Numbered from the stretch's first letter, positions 1 to 9,761 are shown. The stretch: 64,000 nucleotides of DNA from Nitrososphaeria archaeon (GCA_049969935.1 JBMFNX010000001.1:77270-141269); one strand, 5' to 3'. Numbers and translations are program-made. The notes: generated from the sequence alone by a model not told the origin.

Positions 1-347
1 TAAAGAAATTTCTGCACCATTTTTGATTGCTTCTTCTGCTAGATAGCTATCTATATTGTATCTATTGAGAACAAAGATATTTTTTGTTTTAAAATTAACT
101 GTTACTCCTTTACCACTTGGAGGGTAAAAAATTATTTTTGAAAAACTATTTTCCACAAGGTTTTTAGAAATTGGTATATTTAAGGTTTCAATCGTCTTTA
201 GTGATACAACACCACTACATTTATTTGGATAACCTATTTCATTATGTTCTTCTATAACTTTGACTGGAAAATTTTTTGAAGCTAATTCTCTTGCACATAA
301 AAGACCTGAAAACCCACCACCTACAATGAATATTTCTGATTGATCCA
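1..347 (-). CDS. FAD-dependent geranylgeranyl reductase-family oxidoreductase, N-terminal part; the C-terminus lies beyond the window start
   Basis: The reverse-strand ORF starts at an ATG (plus-strand catcat... at 345-347) and translates MDQSEIFIVGGGFSGLLCARELA, a GxGxxG FAD-binding Rossmann motif typical of the GGR/FixC family. It runs off the window edge. Confidence 0.55.
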
Positions 348-467
348 TAACTAATTTGCGTAAATTACTCTTTTTATAAATTTTTATAGAATAATTATTT
401 TCAAATTTTTAGATAGTTAATTTTGTTTAACTTAACATGAAATAATTGAATTAGAAATTTAGTCGAA

Positions 468-773
468 TTGGAAAACTTTTTAAATCAAAAGGGGAATAAG
501 AATAAAAAGGAAGGCAAGACTGATGAACGGGAGAGGGATAAGATGAAAACAAATCTTAAGCACATAATATTGAGTAAATTAAATGAAAGGAAGGCGATTA
601 TGGATAAGGAATTGATAAATAGTTTGAAAAAAGATAATTATGATTTTTCATTAAAAGAATTAAATTTTGCTCTTCTCGAACTAGAAATAGGTGGATTAAT
701 TTTAACAAGATGGAGTGGAAAAGATAAAAGGAGGATAGAATTGATAGAGAAAGAAAAAAAGGAAGAGGGATAG
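468..773 (+). CDS. small Lys/Glu-rich hypothetical protein, possibly a winged-helix protein; an alternative start is the ATG at 543
   Basis: This is a 101-aa ORF that ends 1 nt before the FEN-1 start, with no recognisable catalytic motif. The call rests on weak ORF evidence only. Confidence 0.3.
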   Translation: MENFLNQKGNKNKKEGKTDERERDKMKTNLKHIILSKLNERKAIMDKELINSLKKDNYDFSLKELNFALLELEIGGLILTRWSGKDKRRIELIEKEKKEEG

Positions 774-774
774 A

Positions 775-1806
775 ATGGGAGTAGATATAAAGGAAATAGT
801 TAATGCTAGAAAAATATCTTTAGAAGATTTAGCTGACAAAATTTTAGCAATAGATGCACATAATGCCTTATACCAATTTTTATCCATAATCCGAGAAAGA
901 ACAGGGGAGCCCTTAAGAGATTCGCATGGAAACATAACAAGTCATTTAAGTGGCCTTTACTATAGAACAATGAATTTACTTACAATTGGAATAAAACCTA
1001 TTTATGTCTTTGATGGAGAACCACCTGTACTAAAGAACATGGAGCTTAGTAGGAGAAAATTATTGAAGGAAGAGGCAAAAATTAAGTATTCTATTGCCTT
1101 AGAAAAAGGAGACATGGAAGAGGCTATGAAATATGCAAAGCGAGCTTCTTATTTAACAGACCAAATGATAAATGATTCAAAAAAACTTTTGGAATTAATG
1201 GGAATCCCTTGGATTCAAGCACCTTCTGAAGGAGAAGCTACGGCAGCACATCTTACAATAATTGGGAAAGCTTACGCTGTAGTTTCACAAGATTATGACA
1301 CGCTTTTATTTGGTGGAAAAAGGCTCTGCAGAAATATTACAATTTCTGGAAGAAGAAAACTTCCAGGCAAAGATGCTTATCAAGAAATAGAGCCAGAAGA
1401 GATACTATTGGATGAGAATTTAAAGAATCTTGGAATAACTAGAGAACAATTAGTTGATATAGGAATTTTAGTGGGAACCGATTTTAATCTGGAAGGTTTC
1501 AAGGGTTATGGACCAATTAGGGCATTAAAGGCAATAAAGCAGTACGGTAAATTAGAGAATATACCAGACATACAAGAGGAATTAAAGCTAATAGACTATA
1601 ATTCAATTCGTGAAATATTTCTCAGACCAAAAGTGATAGAAAATGCGCATATTGAATTTAAAAAAATGGATGAAAAAGGAATATTAGATTTCTTATGTAG
1701 CAAGTATGAATTTTCAGAAGAACGTGTACTCAATGCTATAAAAAAATATAAAGAGGCTGAAGAAAGAAGAGCAAAAAAGGGGACTTCTTTAGACAGATGG
1801 TTCTAA
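775..1806 (+). CDS. fen: flap endonuclease FEN-1
   Basis: The 343-aa product starts MGVDIKEI...LAIDAHNALYQFL and carries the conserved FEN1/XPG N and I domains (GEPLRDSHGN, YVFDGEPP). It ends in the PIP-box-like SLDRWF. Confidence 0.9.
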   Translation: MGVDIKEIVNARKISLEDLADKILAIDAHNALYQFLSIIRERTGEPLRDSHGNITSHLSGLYYRTMNLLTIGIKPIYVFDGEPPVLKNMELSRRKLLKEEAKIKYSIALEKGDMEEAMKYAKRASYLTDQMINDSKKLLELMGIPWIQAPSEGEATAAHLTIIGKAYAVVSQDYDTLLFGGKRLCRNITISGRRKLPGKDAYQEIEPEEILLDENLKNLGITREQLVDIGILVGTDFNLEGFKGYGPIRALKAIKQYGKLENIPDIQEELKLIDYNSIREIFLRPKVIENAHIEFKKMDEKGILDFLCSKYEFSEERVLNAIKKYKEAEERRAKKGTSLDRWF

Positions 1807-2495
1807 TGAGGATAAATTTTGAAGAACAGCGTAAAAGACTTGTTAAGCGATTAAAGGACCAAGGAATAATCAGAAGTAAAAAGGTAGAGTTAAGTTTCTT
1901 AAATGTACCTAGGGAAGAATTTGTCTGGCCGGACACTAAAAATCAAGCCTATTTGGATACACCTCTTCCTTTAGGAGACACTGGACAGACAATTTCAGCG
2001 CCTCATATGATTGCCATCATGTTGGAAGAACTGGATTTAGAAAGAGGAGACTATGTTCTTGAGATAGGAACGGGGAGTGGATATAATGCAGCTTTAATGG
2101 CATACATTGTAAGTGATGGGAAAAAAGAGAAGGAGGGAAAAGTTATTACTATAGAAAGAATAAAAGATTTAGTTATCTTTGCGGAGAATAATATCAACCG
2201 TACTACATTTTCAGAATATGTGAAAATTGTGTATGGAGACGGTACTATTGGATATCCACCATATGAGGAAAATGAAATATATGATAAAATCATTATTACA
2301 GCGGCTGCACCTCGATTCCCTAGGATTTTAATAAAACAATTAAAGGTGGGTGGGACTATCCTTGCACCTATTGGTGATCTTTTTGCTCAAACTTTAACAA
2401 AGGGAATAAAAAGAGTTGATGGAACAATCGATATAAAAGAGGATATTGAATGTATATTTGTGCCTTTAATTGGCGAAGATGGTTACAAATTTTAG
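1797..2495 (+). CDS. pcm: protein-L-isoaspartate O-methyltransferase
   Basis: The product carries the SAM-binding motif VLEIGTGSGYNAALMA and the PIMT signature ISAPHMIA. The ORF is 232 aa and ends at a TAG stop. Confidence 0.85.
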   Translation: MVLMRINFEEQRKRLVKRLKDQGIIRSKKVELSFLNVPREEFVWPDTKNQAYLDTPLPLGDTGQTISAPHMIAIMLEELDLERGDYVLEIGTGSGYNAALMAYIVSDGKKEKEGKVITIERIKDLVIFAENNINRTTFSEYVKIVYGDGTIGYPPYEENEIYDKIIITAAAPRFPRILIKQLKVGGTILAPIGDLFAQTLTKGIKRVDGTIDIKEDIECIFVPLIGEDGYKF

Positions 2496-2932
2496 GGTAA
2501 AGGAAAAATTTCGATTACCATTAATCCTTTACTCCCTTTATTTTGCAAAAGTTTAATTATGCTTCTTGGAATATCTTTTGCAGAGGCTGTGGATTTTATC
2601 GCTAAGGTCCTGGGACAAATATAATCACTTTTACGCACAACCATACTCTTTTTATCTATCAAAAGTAACTTGGATGAACCTCTTGCTAAAACTTTAAAGG
2701 TTTCTTCGCCTACTTTTATTGTCAAACTTACTTTGACATTGTCTGTTTTTAGCTTACTCTTTATCTCTGGAGGGAGGTCATAACATGCTTTTGATGAATT
2801 TATTCCAATAATACAATCACCTCTAGGTGTAACATAATTTTCTTTTGTAATTTCAAACGTTGTTGGATGCGTTGCCCTTATATGCTCATGACCATAGAAC
2901 ATTATTACATCTCTAAAATTCATGTTCTCCAA
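2492..2932 (-). CDS. conserved archaeal hypothetical protein, DUF371-like
   Basis: This is a 146-aa ORF with good coding density. The family assignment is from memory only and has no motif verification. Confidence 0.35.
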   Translation of the reverse strand: MENMNFRDVIMFYGHEHIRATHPTTFEITKENYVTPRGDCIIGINSSKACYDLPPEIKSKLKTDNVKVSLTIKVGEETFKVLARGSSKLLLIDKKSMVVRKSDYICPRTLAIKSTASAKDIPRSIIKLLQNKGSKGLMVIEIFPLP

Positions 2933-2985
2933 TGGTATTAATATTATACAAAAAATAAATTTTAAAAAAATAACATATTAGTTAG

Positions 2986-3075
2986 CGGGCCTGCGGGGAT
3001 TTGAACCCCGGACCTACTGGTTTCTCCACAGTTTATTTAAGAGCCAGCCGCTCTTCCTGGCTGAGCCACAGGCCC
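2986..3075 (-). tRNA. tRNA-Lys(CUU) with a roughly 16-nt intron at the canonical 37/38 position
   Basis: The reverse complement gives acceptor GGGCCTG/CAGGCCC, D-arm GCTCAGCCAGGAAGAGC, anticodon stem GCTGG/CCAGT, loop CUCUUA-[intron AATAAACTGTGGAGAA]-A, T-arm CGGGGTTCAAATCCCCG and discriminator G. Confidence 0.7.
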
Positions 3076-3196
3076 TGTCAATTTGGTAAATGCTAAGGTA
3101 TTTTTAACTTTTTAATTCAACCGAAGATTTATATTTGTTTAATGCAGTAAAATGTAAAATTCTATAATACTGTACCTAATTAGAGTGGAGGAGTAT

Positions 3197-4243
3197 ATGT
3201 TAAGTTTAGTTGGATTAGGGGTTCAGGGAATAAGGTCAATAACTTTAGAGGGATTCGAAGTGCTTAAGAAAAGTGATATTGTCTATCTTGATGGGTATAC
3301 TACTTATATTCCAGAAAAATTTGTAGAGGAATTAAAGGAGACTATTGAAAAAGATGTAACAGTTATATTTGAAAGAAAGAAGATAGAAGATGAAGTGGAT
3401 AAGATATTGGATGAGGCTGTGATGAAAAATGTTTGTCTTGCGGTTTTGGGTGATCCACTTTTTGCAACGACCCATTTGACACTTATACTGGAGTGTAGGA
3501 AAAGGAATATATCGTATAAGGTGATACATAACACTTCAATAATTTCAATTTTAATGAATTCTCTTGGATTACATCCTTACAAGTTTGGAAAAATAGCTAC
3601 AATTGTTAGGAAAAGTGGAACACCCGCAACCACAGTATATTTTACATTATATGAGAATTTAGTTAAAAAATTACATACAATTTTTTTACTTGAATATGAT
3701 ATCGAGAGCAGGGAGGGGGTAAAGCCAAATGATGCATTTAACATACTTAAGGAGGCTGAAGAAATTTACAAGCTTGGAGCCTTTTCCAGTGAAACTTTTG
3801 TAATAGTTACATGTAGAGTTCATAGAGAAGATGAGAAGATATACATGGGTAGAGTAAAGGAATTGTTAGAAATTGATTTTGGGCAACCACCATATTCTTT
3901 AATAATACCTTCAGAATTACATTTTACGGAGAGGGAGGCACTAAGTGTTTTATTTGGTTTAGAAAAGGGAAATGAAATAAATAATTCTAAAATGATTAAA
4001 AAGAAAGTCGAACATCTTGTAGACAAATATGTGAAGAGCACAAGGAGAGCATTGGAAGAGGCTAGAAAAAGATTACCTAAAAGGGAATTTGATAGCCTTT
4101 TTGAAAATGTAGAATGCTACCTAGATGATGCTATAAGATTTCTTAATTTAGGTGAAGAAAATTTGGCAATGTTGTGCGTAGGATATGCTGAAGGACTGCT
4201 TGATGCACTTAGATTTCAGGGAATTTTAGAATTAAAATGGTGA
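3197..4243 (+). CDS. dph5: diphthine synthase (Dph5) carrying an unusual C-terminal extension of about 85 aa
   Basis: MLSLVGLGVQG...GDPLFATTH is the tetrapyrrole-methylase fold of Dph5. An ATG at 3197 is preceded by a GGAGGAG motif, and the GTG at 3185 is an alternative start. The canonical Dph5 sequence ends near SLIIPSELHFTEREAL, and the same frame continues for a further 85 residues. Confidence 0.8.
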   Translation: MLSLVGLGVQGIRSITLEGFEVLKKSDIVYLDGYTTYIPEKFVEELKETIEKDVTVIFERKKIEDEVDKILDEAVMKNVCLAVLGDPLFATTHLTLILECRKRNISYKVIHNTSIISILMNSLGLHPYKFGKIATIVRKSGTPATTVYFTLYENLVKKLHTIFLLEYDIESREGVKPNDAFNILKEAEEIYKLGAFSSETFVIVTCRVHREDEKIYMGRVKELLEIDFGQPPYSLIIPSELHFTEREALSVLFGLEKGNEINNSKMIKKKVEHLVDKYVKSTRRALEEARKRLPKREFDSLFENVECYLDDAIRFLNLGEENLAMLCVGYAEGLLDALRFQGILELKW

Positions 4244-4249
4244 AAGAAA

Positions 4250-4882
4250 TTGAGGAAAAGAGAAATTGAAAAATGGTTTCTTTTAAAAATTTTTTTGGAA
4301 CAGTTGAAGGGAAATATAGTTAGTTTCAGACATATTGATACCTTTTTAACACCATTTAAACATCATAACAGAGAAATTATTAATAGGCTTATTAAAAAAG
4401 GGTTGCTTGAAAAATCCTGTGAAGAAATTAAACTTACGGATAAGGGAAGGGAAATGATAAAAGTTGTTTTATGCGGGGGTACCTTTGACATTTTGCATCC
4501 AGGACATTTATTAACCTTAAAAAAAGCTAAAAGCTTTGGTGACATTCTAGTTGTCGTTGTAGCAAGGGATAGGGTGGCTGAAAAAATTAGAGGAAGAAAA
4601 CCTTATAATAATGAAAATAGGAGATTGGAACTTGTTAGTTCTCTCAAAATTGTAGATTATGCTCTTTTAGGGGAAGAAAATGAAAAAATATATGATATAG
4701 TTTTAAAGATTAAGCCAAATGTTATTGTATTAGGATATGATCAAGTGCACGATGAGCAGGAGATTAAAGATTTTGCACTAAAACATGGATTAAATATTGA
4801 AGTAGTACGCATTTCTGAGAAACTGGATGGAGTTAAAAGCTCAGCACTTTTAAAGGACACAAATATTATTAACCAGATTTAG
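4250..4882 (+). CDS. ribL: cytidylyltransferase-fold FAD synthase (RibL-like) with an N-terminal winged-helix domain of about 75 aa
   Basis: VVLCGGTFDILHPGHLLTLKKAKSFGDILVVVVARD closely matches archaeal RibL/cytidylyltransferase (T/H)xGH motifs. An extra helix-turn-helix-like segment sits at the N-terminus. Confidence 0.6.
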   Translation: MRKREIEKWFLLKIFLEQLKGNIVSFRHIDTFLTPFKHHNREIINRLIKKGLLEKSCEEIKLTDKGREMIKVVLCGGTFDILHPGHLLTLKKAKSFGDILVVVVARDRVAEKIRGRKPYNNENRRLELVSSLKIVDYALLGEENEKIYDIVLKIKPNVIVLGYDQVHDEQEIKDFALKHGLNIEVVRISEKLDGVKSSALLKDTNIINQI

Positions 4883-5594
4883 AATTTATACTTTTCTCTG
4901 AAATATAAACTTTTAATCTAATTTTGTCGCCATCTTTTAGATTTAATCTATTTCTAAGATTTACTGGAGCTATAACTTCTAATACTGATTCATCATATAG
5001 TGAACGTTTTGTCAAAACTATTGCACCTTCAACTGTATCATTAATTATAGCAGGGAAACACTTTGCACCACCATAAGTCCTATATTCATCATTAAAGCCT
5101 TCTATTAAAATACCATTATAATATTCTAAATCCTTTCTTTGACGCCTTTCTAACATAGAAGTTAACCGAATATTCAATGTCCCGGGATAGGGATCAAATC
5201 CAAGCTTTTTAATAAATTGGGATCTATAGCCTCCGATTGTAACATAATATGAGCCTTCACCTACTCCTGAAAAAACGGTACCCGTAAACTCGATCACATT
5301 TGGTGCTTCTTCAAAGATTTCCCGAAGAGCAGCATATAGGCTTAACAGAATTGATGTGCCATTTTCTGTCAACTTTATTACAGACCTTCTTTTTCTGTAA
5401 GTAACCTCAATTAGGCCAAGTCTTTGGAGTTCTATAAGATGTTTTGATATACTTTGTTGTGATTTTCCTAAACGTTTGCCTAATTCAAATGTGGATATTT
5501 CGATAGGCTTATTTTTTGCACCTAAGTATAGAAGTTCTAACAATGTTGGTAGAATTGAAGATTTTATTTCTCTAAAAGACAGGGGCATACACAC
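4869..5594 (-). CDS. rbkR: RbkR-like bifunctional protein: an N-terminal winged-helix regulator domain fused to an archaeal CTP-dependent riboflavin kinase domain
   Basis: The C-terminal half contains GFDPYPGTLNIRL, the PGTLN motif of MJ0056-type RibK. The N-terminal half, LGKRLGKSQQSISKHLIELQRLGLIEV, is a wHTH. The gene converges on the ribL-like gene. Confidence 0.65.
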   Translation of the reverse strand: MCMPLSFREIKSSILPTLLELLYLGAKNKPIEISTFELGKRLGKSQQSISKHLIELQRLGLIEVTYRKRRSVIKLTENGTSILLSLYAALREIFEEAPNVIEFTGTVFSGVGEGSYYVTIGGYRSQFIKKLGFDPYPGTLNIRLTSMLERRQRKDLEYYNGILIEGFNDEYRTYGGAKCFPAIINDTVEGAIVLTKRSLYDESVLEVIAPVNLRNRLNLKDGDKIRLKVYISEKSINSKSG

Positions 5595-5660
5595 AACTTA
5601 TATGGATTTATTAACTTAAGTTTTTTGCAATAATCTAGTATAAAATTTGTATTCCAAAAT

Positions 5661-6245
5661 TTACATTTTGAAAGTATTTATTTTTGTTAGATCAACGTAC
5701 GTTTCTTCAATTAACTTTCTAGCTAGGTCAACTTTATGCCTAAGACCTGGAATCACGTTATCGAAGTATGAGAGCGGAAAAATTTTTTCAAATATAATTT
5801 TCATTGAATTAAAGCAAAAGTTAGCTTTACTGTAATTTTTCTGATTTATATAGTCATATACTGCACGTCTTAATTCACCTATACAATCAAGTAAACCAAA
5901 GAGGTAAGCATCTACTTCAACATCTATTTCTTGCTTTGAGGGCACCTTTGCTTCTTGTAGTATGCATAAATATGTATAAGCTTCTACATATTCAATTTGT
6001 ACAGGAAAAAGATATTTTTGCCATCGTAGACTGATTTCCGATTGAAGCTTCTTTATTTTCGTTTCAATTTGTTTTAATAAATCTTTTGCTTCCGCATACT
6101 TTTCATCATGCAATAACATGAAGATTCGTGGAAAACAAATTAGTATTTGTCTACTTTCCTTATATGCATACTCCCTTTGTGTATCAAGTTCTTCTAAGCA
6201 TTTTAATAGATTATCAAAATCTACCTTGTCTGCTATCTTATTCAT
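5661..6245 (-). CDS. translin-family protein (tentative)
   Basis: The 194-aa product is all-helical and resembles archaeal translin/TRAX-like proteins in length and helix pattern. No definitive motif was checked. Confidence 0.4.
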   Translation of the reverse strand: MNKIADKVDFDNLLKCLEELDTQREYAYKESRQILICFPRIFMLLHDEKYAEAKDLLKQIETKIKKLQSEISLRWQKYLFPVQIEYVEAYTYLCILQEAKVPSKQEIDVEVDAYLFGLLDCIGELRRAVYDYINQKNYSKANFCFNSMKIIFEKIFPLSYFDNVIPGLRHKVDLARKLIEETYVDLTKINTFKM

Positions 6246-6268
6246 CTTTATAAGAATTTGATTTTATA

Positions 6269-7258
6269 CTAGTTAAACTTTTTGGGGGAAATTAGCTTTT
6301 TAGATAAGAGGATCACCCTACTGGCTTTTGATTCACCTATTATATTATAACCTGTTCGTTCAGCTATTAATTTGGCAAATATTTTTATATCATCATGTGA
6401 AGGCATATTTTCTCTTTTTAACCTATACATGGAATATCCAATATGCATGTATGCTTTCGTTTCCACATAGAGGGGTTCATACTTGTTTATTATTTTTGCA
6501 AAAGCGTCAGGTGCATTCATGTTTAAACCCTTTATTGAAGTAATTCTCAAAACAGTTGGACATTCTAAAGATTTTAATATTTCTAATGATTTAAGAATTG
6601 ATTCCCAAAGGTTCTTTGACAGAGGTCTATTTAATTTAATAAAAGATTCGTAATCATAAGCAGTTAAAGAAATATAAAGTTGGGTAGGTAAACTTGAAAG
6701 TGAAGATATCGCATTAGGTAGAGTACCGTTTGTTACTAAAAAAACGGTGCAACCTGCCTTTTTATATAACTCTATTAGATCCCCTAAGAATGGATAAAGT
6801 GTAGGTTCACCTGTAAGGGAGATTGCAACTTGGGTTGGGTTAAGAGCTTCAGCATATTTTGAAGAGGAAATCTTTCCCTTTAAGACAAGAGATTTATAAC
6901 CTGAAAGTATTTTTCTTTGTGCTTCAAATGATTCTTTAAACACTTTTTCTGGTGGATCCCATCCTTGCTTTGGTGGCGAGAGCTCGTCCCAGGCTAGGCC
7001 GATGTCTTCAGGCATTATTCTCCAGCAATGCAAGCAATGGAAGTTACAGTGAAAAAGGGTAGGGGACATTTGTAAACAACGGTGAGAGTTTATTCCAAAA
7101 AATTTTTCTTTATAGCAGACTCTATTGTATAAGAGACTTTGATGGAGCCAATTGCATTTTTTTACTGCTGAATGAGTACCAACAAGTTGGTACTTTTGTT
7201 TCTTTAGTCTTAAATGGAGTTCTTGAGGGTAGAAGGCCATAATTGAGTCATCTAACAT
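6269..7258 (-). CDS. taw1: tRNA 4-demethylwyosine synthase Taw1/TYW1 (radical SAM)
   Basis: HSAVKKCNWLHQSLL...SHRCLQMSPTLFHCNFHCLHCWR carries the CxxxCxxC radical-SAM cluster motif and the conserved Taw1 N-terminal region. Confidence 0.7.
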   Translation of the reverse strand: MLDDSIMAFYPQELHLRLKKQKYQLVGTHSAVKKCNWLHQSLLYNRVCYKEKFFGINSHRCLQMSPTLFHCNFHCLHCWRIMPEDIGLAWDELSPPKQGWDPPEKVFKESFEAQRKILSGYKSLVLKGKISSSKYAEALNPTQVAISLTGEPTLYPFLGDLIELYKKAGCTVFLVTNGTLPNAISSLSSLPTQLYISLTAYDYESFIKLNRPLSKNLWESILKSLEILKSLECPTVLRITSIKGLNMNAPDAFAKIINKYEPLYVETKAYMHIGYSMYRLKRENMPSHDDIKIFAKLIAERTGYNIIGESKASRVILLSKKLISPKKFN

Positions 7259-7267
7259 GATGTATAA

Positions 7268-7858
7268 TTATTGGAATTTAATTTCCTGTTCTTTGTTTTC
7301 ATTTGATTTTATTATTAATAGATCTATACCATCACCGCTTGCTATATCCCTTTGCATAGCTGCTTTTAGAGCCTTAATCGCGAGTTCTGTCGCAGCTTTT
7401 TCATCCATTCCCTTTTTATATTCGCTTTCAATTATTCCAATAGCAATTTCTGTTCCAGAACCTACAGTTGCATACTCGTCTGGAATTATAGAACCTAAGG
7501 GATCCAAAACGTAAACAGATGGTCTTTCATCAATACCACCGACTATGACTTGGGTTAATAGTGGATACAGGCGTTCGCTGAACATTATTACAGACATTAA
7601 TTTTGCAACAGAGTTTGGAGGGACTGGTCGTTTTATTTCAAGTTCTCTAAGTTTTATTTCAACTGTCACACGTTTTATAAGATTCTGCATGTCTGAAATC
7701 ATACCGGCACAGGCAGCACCCACATTATTTGTTATAAGAAATACTTTTTTTGAGCTTCTACTTAGCAAAAAATTACCGTATGCGAATCTCTTGTCTGCAC
7801 CTAATACTACACCATCTTTAAATACAATTCCTAAGGCTGTTGCACCTGGTATATACAA
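7268..7858 (-). CDS. psmB: proteasome beta subunit (N-terminal nucleophile hydrolase) with a non-canonical N-terminus, using a TTG start
   Basis: The product reads MYIPGATALGIVFKDGVVLGADKR...KKVFLI. The D17 and K33 equivalents are present, but the processing/active site reads G-ATALG where G-TTTVG is expected. See the findings for detail. Confidence 0.75.
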   Translation of the reverse strand: MYIPGATALGIVFKDGVVLGADKRFAYGNFLLSRSSKKVFLITNNVGAACAGMISDMQNLIKRVTVEIKLRELEIKRPVPPNSVAKLMSVIMFSERLYPLLTQVIVGGIDERPSVYVLDPLGSIIPDEYATVGSGTEIAIGIIESEYKKGMDEKAATELAIKALKAAMQRDIASGDGIDLLIIKSNENKEQEIKFQ

Positions 7859-8032
7859 TTTTGTTTCACCTTCACCCTTTTATATCCACATTTGTGGTTA
7901 ATTTAGATTTTGATTTAAATGTTTATTTTATAGAATAAAACAAACTATTGAATAAGTAGAAAAGATTTAACTGGATGATTTGTGATCTTGATTAATAAAA
8001 ACTTTAATTGCCGATAGTAAGAGCTAAAAGGG

Positions 8033-8554
8033 ATGAATAAGTATAAAACAGCACTTTTTATTGGAAGGTTTCAACCATTCCATTATGGACATTTATTTGC
8101 AATTAAGTATGTTCTAGAACAAACTGAGTTCTTATATATAGGTTTAGGAAGTGCTAATAAAAGTCATGAGAAGAGAAATCCTTTTACTGCGGCGGAAAGA
8201 ATATTAATGATAAAGTCTGTTTTAGAGAAAGAGAACATTGATCCGAAAAGATGGATGGTTATACCAATACCTGATCTAAAGGCACATTATCTTTGGACTA
8301 AGATGGTTCGAATGCTTGTTCCAAAGTTCGATGTCGTTTTTTCTAATGATCCATTAACTACAAGACTCTTTTTAGAGGAAAATTTTAAAGTAATAGAAGT
8401 TCCTTTAACAGAAAGAGAAAGGTTTGTGGCCACGGAAATACGTAATAGAATCTTGATGGGAAAACCTTGGGAGGATTTGGTTCCTGAACCAGTTTCTAAA
8501 ATAATTAAAGAAATTAATGGTGAAGAAAGAATAAGAAAGATTGGGAGAATCTAA
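8033..8554 (+). CDS. nadM: nicotinamide-nucleotide adenylyltransferase, archaeal NadM type
   Basis: LFIGRFQPFHYGHLFAIKYVLEQ is the HxGH cytidylyltransferase motif in the archaeal NMNAT context. The product is 173 aa. Confidence 0.8.
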   Translation: MNKYKTALFIGRFQPFHYGHLFAIKYVLEQTEFLYIGLGSANKSHEKRNPFTAAERILMIKSVLEKENIDPKRWMVIPIPDLKAHYLWTKMVRMLVPKFDVVFSNDPLTTRLFLEENFKVIEVPLTERERFVATEIRNRILMGKPWEDLVPEPVSKIIKEINGEERIRKIGRI

Positions 8555-9284
8555 AAAAATAAATAGAGGAATGAATTGGGGGTTTTATATGCCATTTGAA
8601 CAAGGCACTTTAGTGTATGTTAATCTAACTGGGATTGTTAAGGAAACTAATGAACTTATTGAGACCACTTTAGAAGATAAGGCTAAGGAATATAATGTCT
8701 TTGATCCAACTAGAAAATATAGGCCTAGGTTAATTGCTATTGGAGAAAAGTGGGTTTTGGAGCCTTTAGATGATAAGTTAAAGGAAATGAATGTGGGAGA
8801 AAAGTTATCTATAGAAATTCCTCCTGAAAAAGCTTTTGGTGTATGGGATCCTTCAAAGGTAAAAGTTATCCCATTACGTAAGCTTGGAGAACGCGCAACT
8901 CAGTTAAGGGTTGGCGATGAAGTTGAGATAGATAATAGAATAGGACGTGTTAAACTTTTGGCATCAGGAAGGGTGCACATTGATTTCAATCACAAGTATT
9001 CTGGAAAGACTATTGTCTATGAAGTTCAAGTAGTAAAAGAATTAAAAGAGGATTCTGAGAAGATAGAAGCATTATTTTTAAGACGAATACCCATAGAAGA
9101 AGAAAAAGTGAAATTTTCTATACAAGATAACACAGTAGTATTCGAATTACCTTTTGAACTCTATCTTGAAGAAGGGTTACAGATCGTTAAGAGAGCACTA
9201 GCAAATGATATATTCAAATTTTTACCTAATATTCAAAAAGTAACTTTCATTGAAAATTATGAAAAGCAGAAGTCTGAAAGATAA
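8541..9284 (+). CDS. FKBP-type peptidyl-prolyl cis-trans isomerase, long archaeal type with IF insertion; the likely start is the ATG at 8589
   Basis: The product contains VGDEVEIDNRIG...HIDFNHKYSGKTIVYEV, an FKBP signature (DFNHxxAGK-like), and begins MPFEQGTLVYV. Confidence 0.7.
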   Translation: MGESKKINRGMNWGFYMPFEQGTLVYVNLTGIVKETNELIETTLEDKAKEYNVFDPTRKYRPRLIAIGEKWVLEPLDDKLKEMNVGEKLSIEIPPEKAFGVWDPSKVKVIPLRKLGERATQLRVGDEVEIDNRIGRVKLLASGRVHIDFNHKYSGKTIVYEVQVVKELKEDSEKIEALFLRRIPIEEEKVKFSIQDNTVVFELPFELYLEEGLQIVKRALANDIFKFLPNIQKVTFIENYEKQKSER

Positions 9285-9706
9285 TCAAATAAAGTTAACA
9301 ATTTTTTACTAAATTTTTTAAAACTTAAAAATTTAGCAAGAATATTAGAATATGAATTATCATGCATAGGTTTTGTGGCCAGACAGCATCAATCCGACCT
9401 TGGACTATTAGTGACAGCGGGCTTAACAAGTTGACCCGAAGGTCTCCTTGCTTACACCCCTGTCCTATCAACGGGATCTTCTATCCCCGTCCTCGTCCAT
9501 AGCATCCCCCATAAGGAGGACACTATGGAAGGGTGTCTTTTCTCGAGAGGGGCTTCGAGCTTAGATGCCTTCAGCTCTTATCCCCAACAGCTTAGCTGCC
9601 CGGCTTGCCCTGTCGGACAGCCGGTACACCAGAGGCTGCGTTGCCCCGTTCCTCTCGTACTAGGGACAACTTCCTCTCAGACACCCTCCGCTCCCATCAG
9701 GTAGAG

Positions 9707-9761
<55 letters not shown>

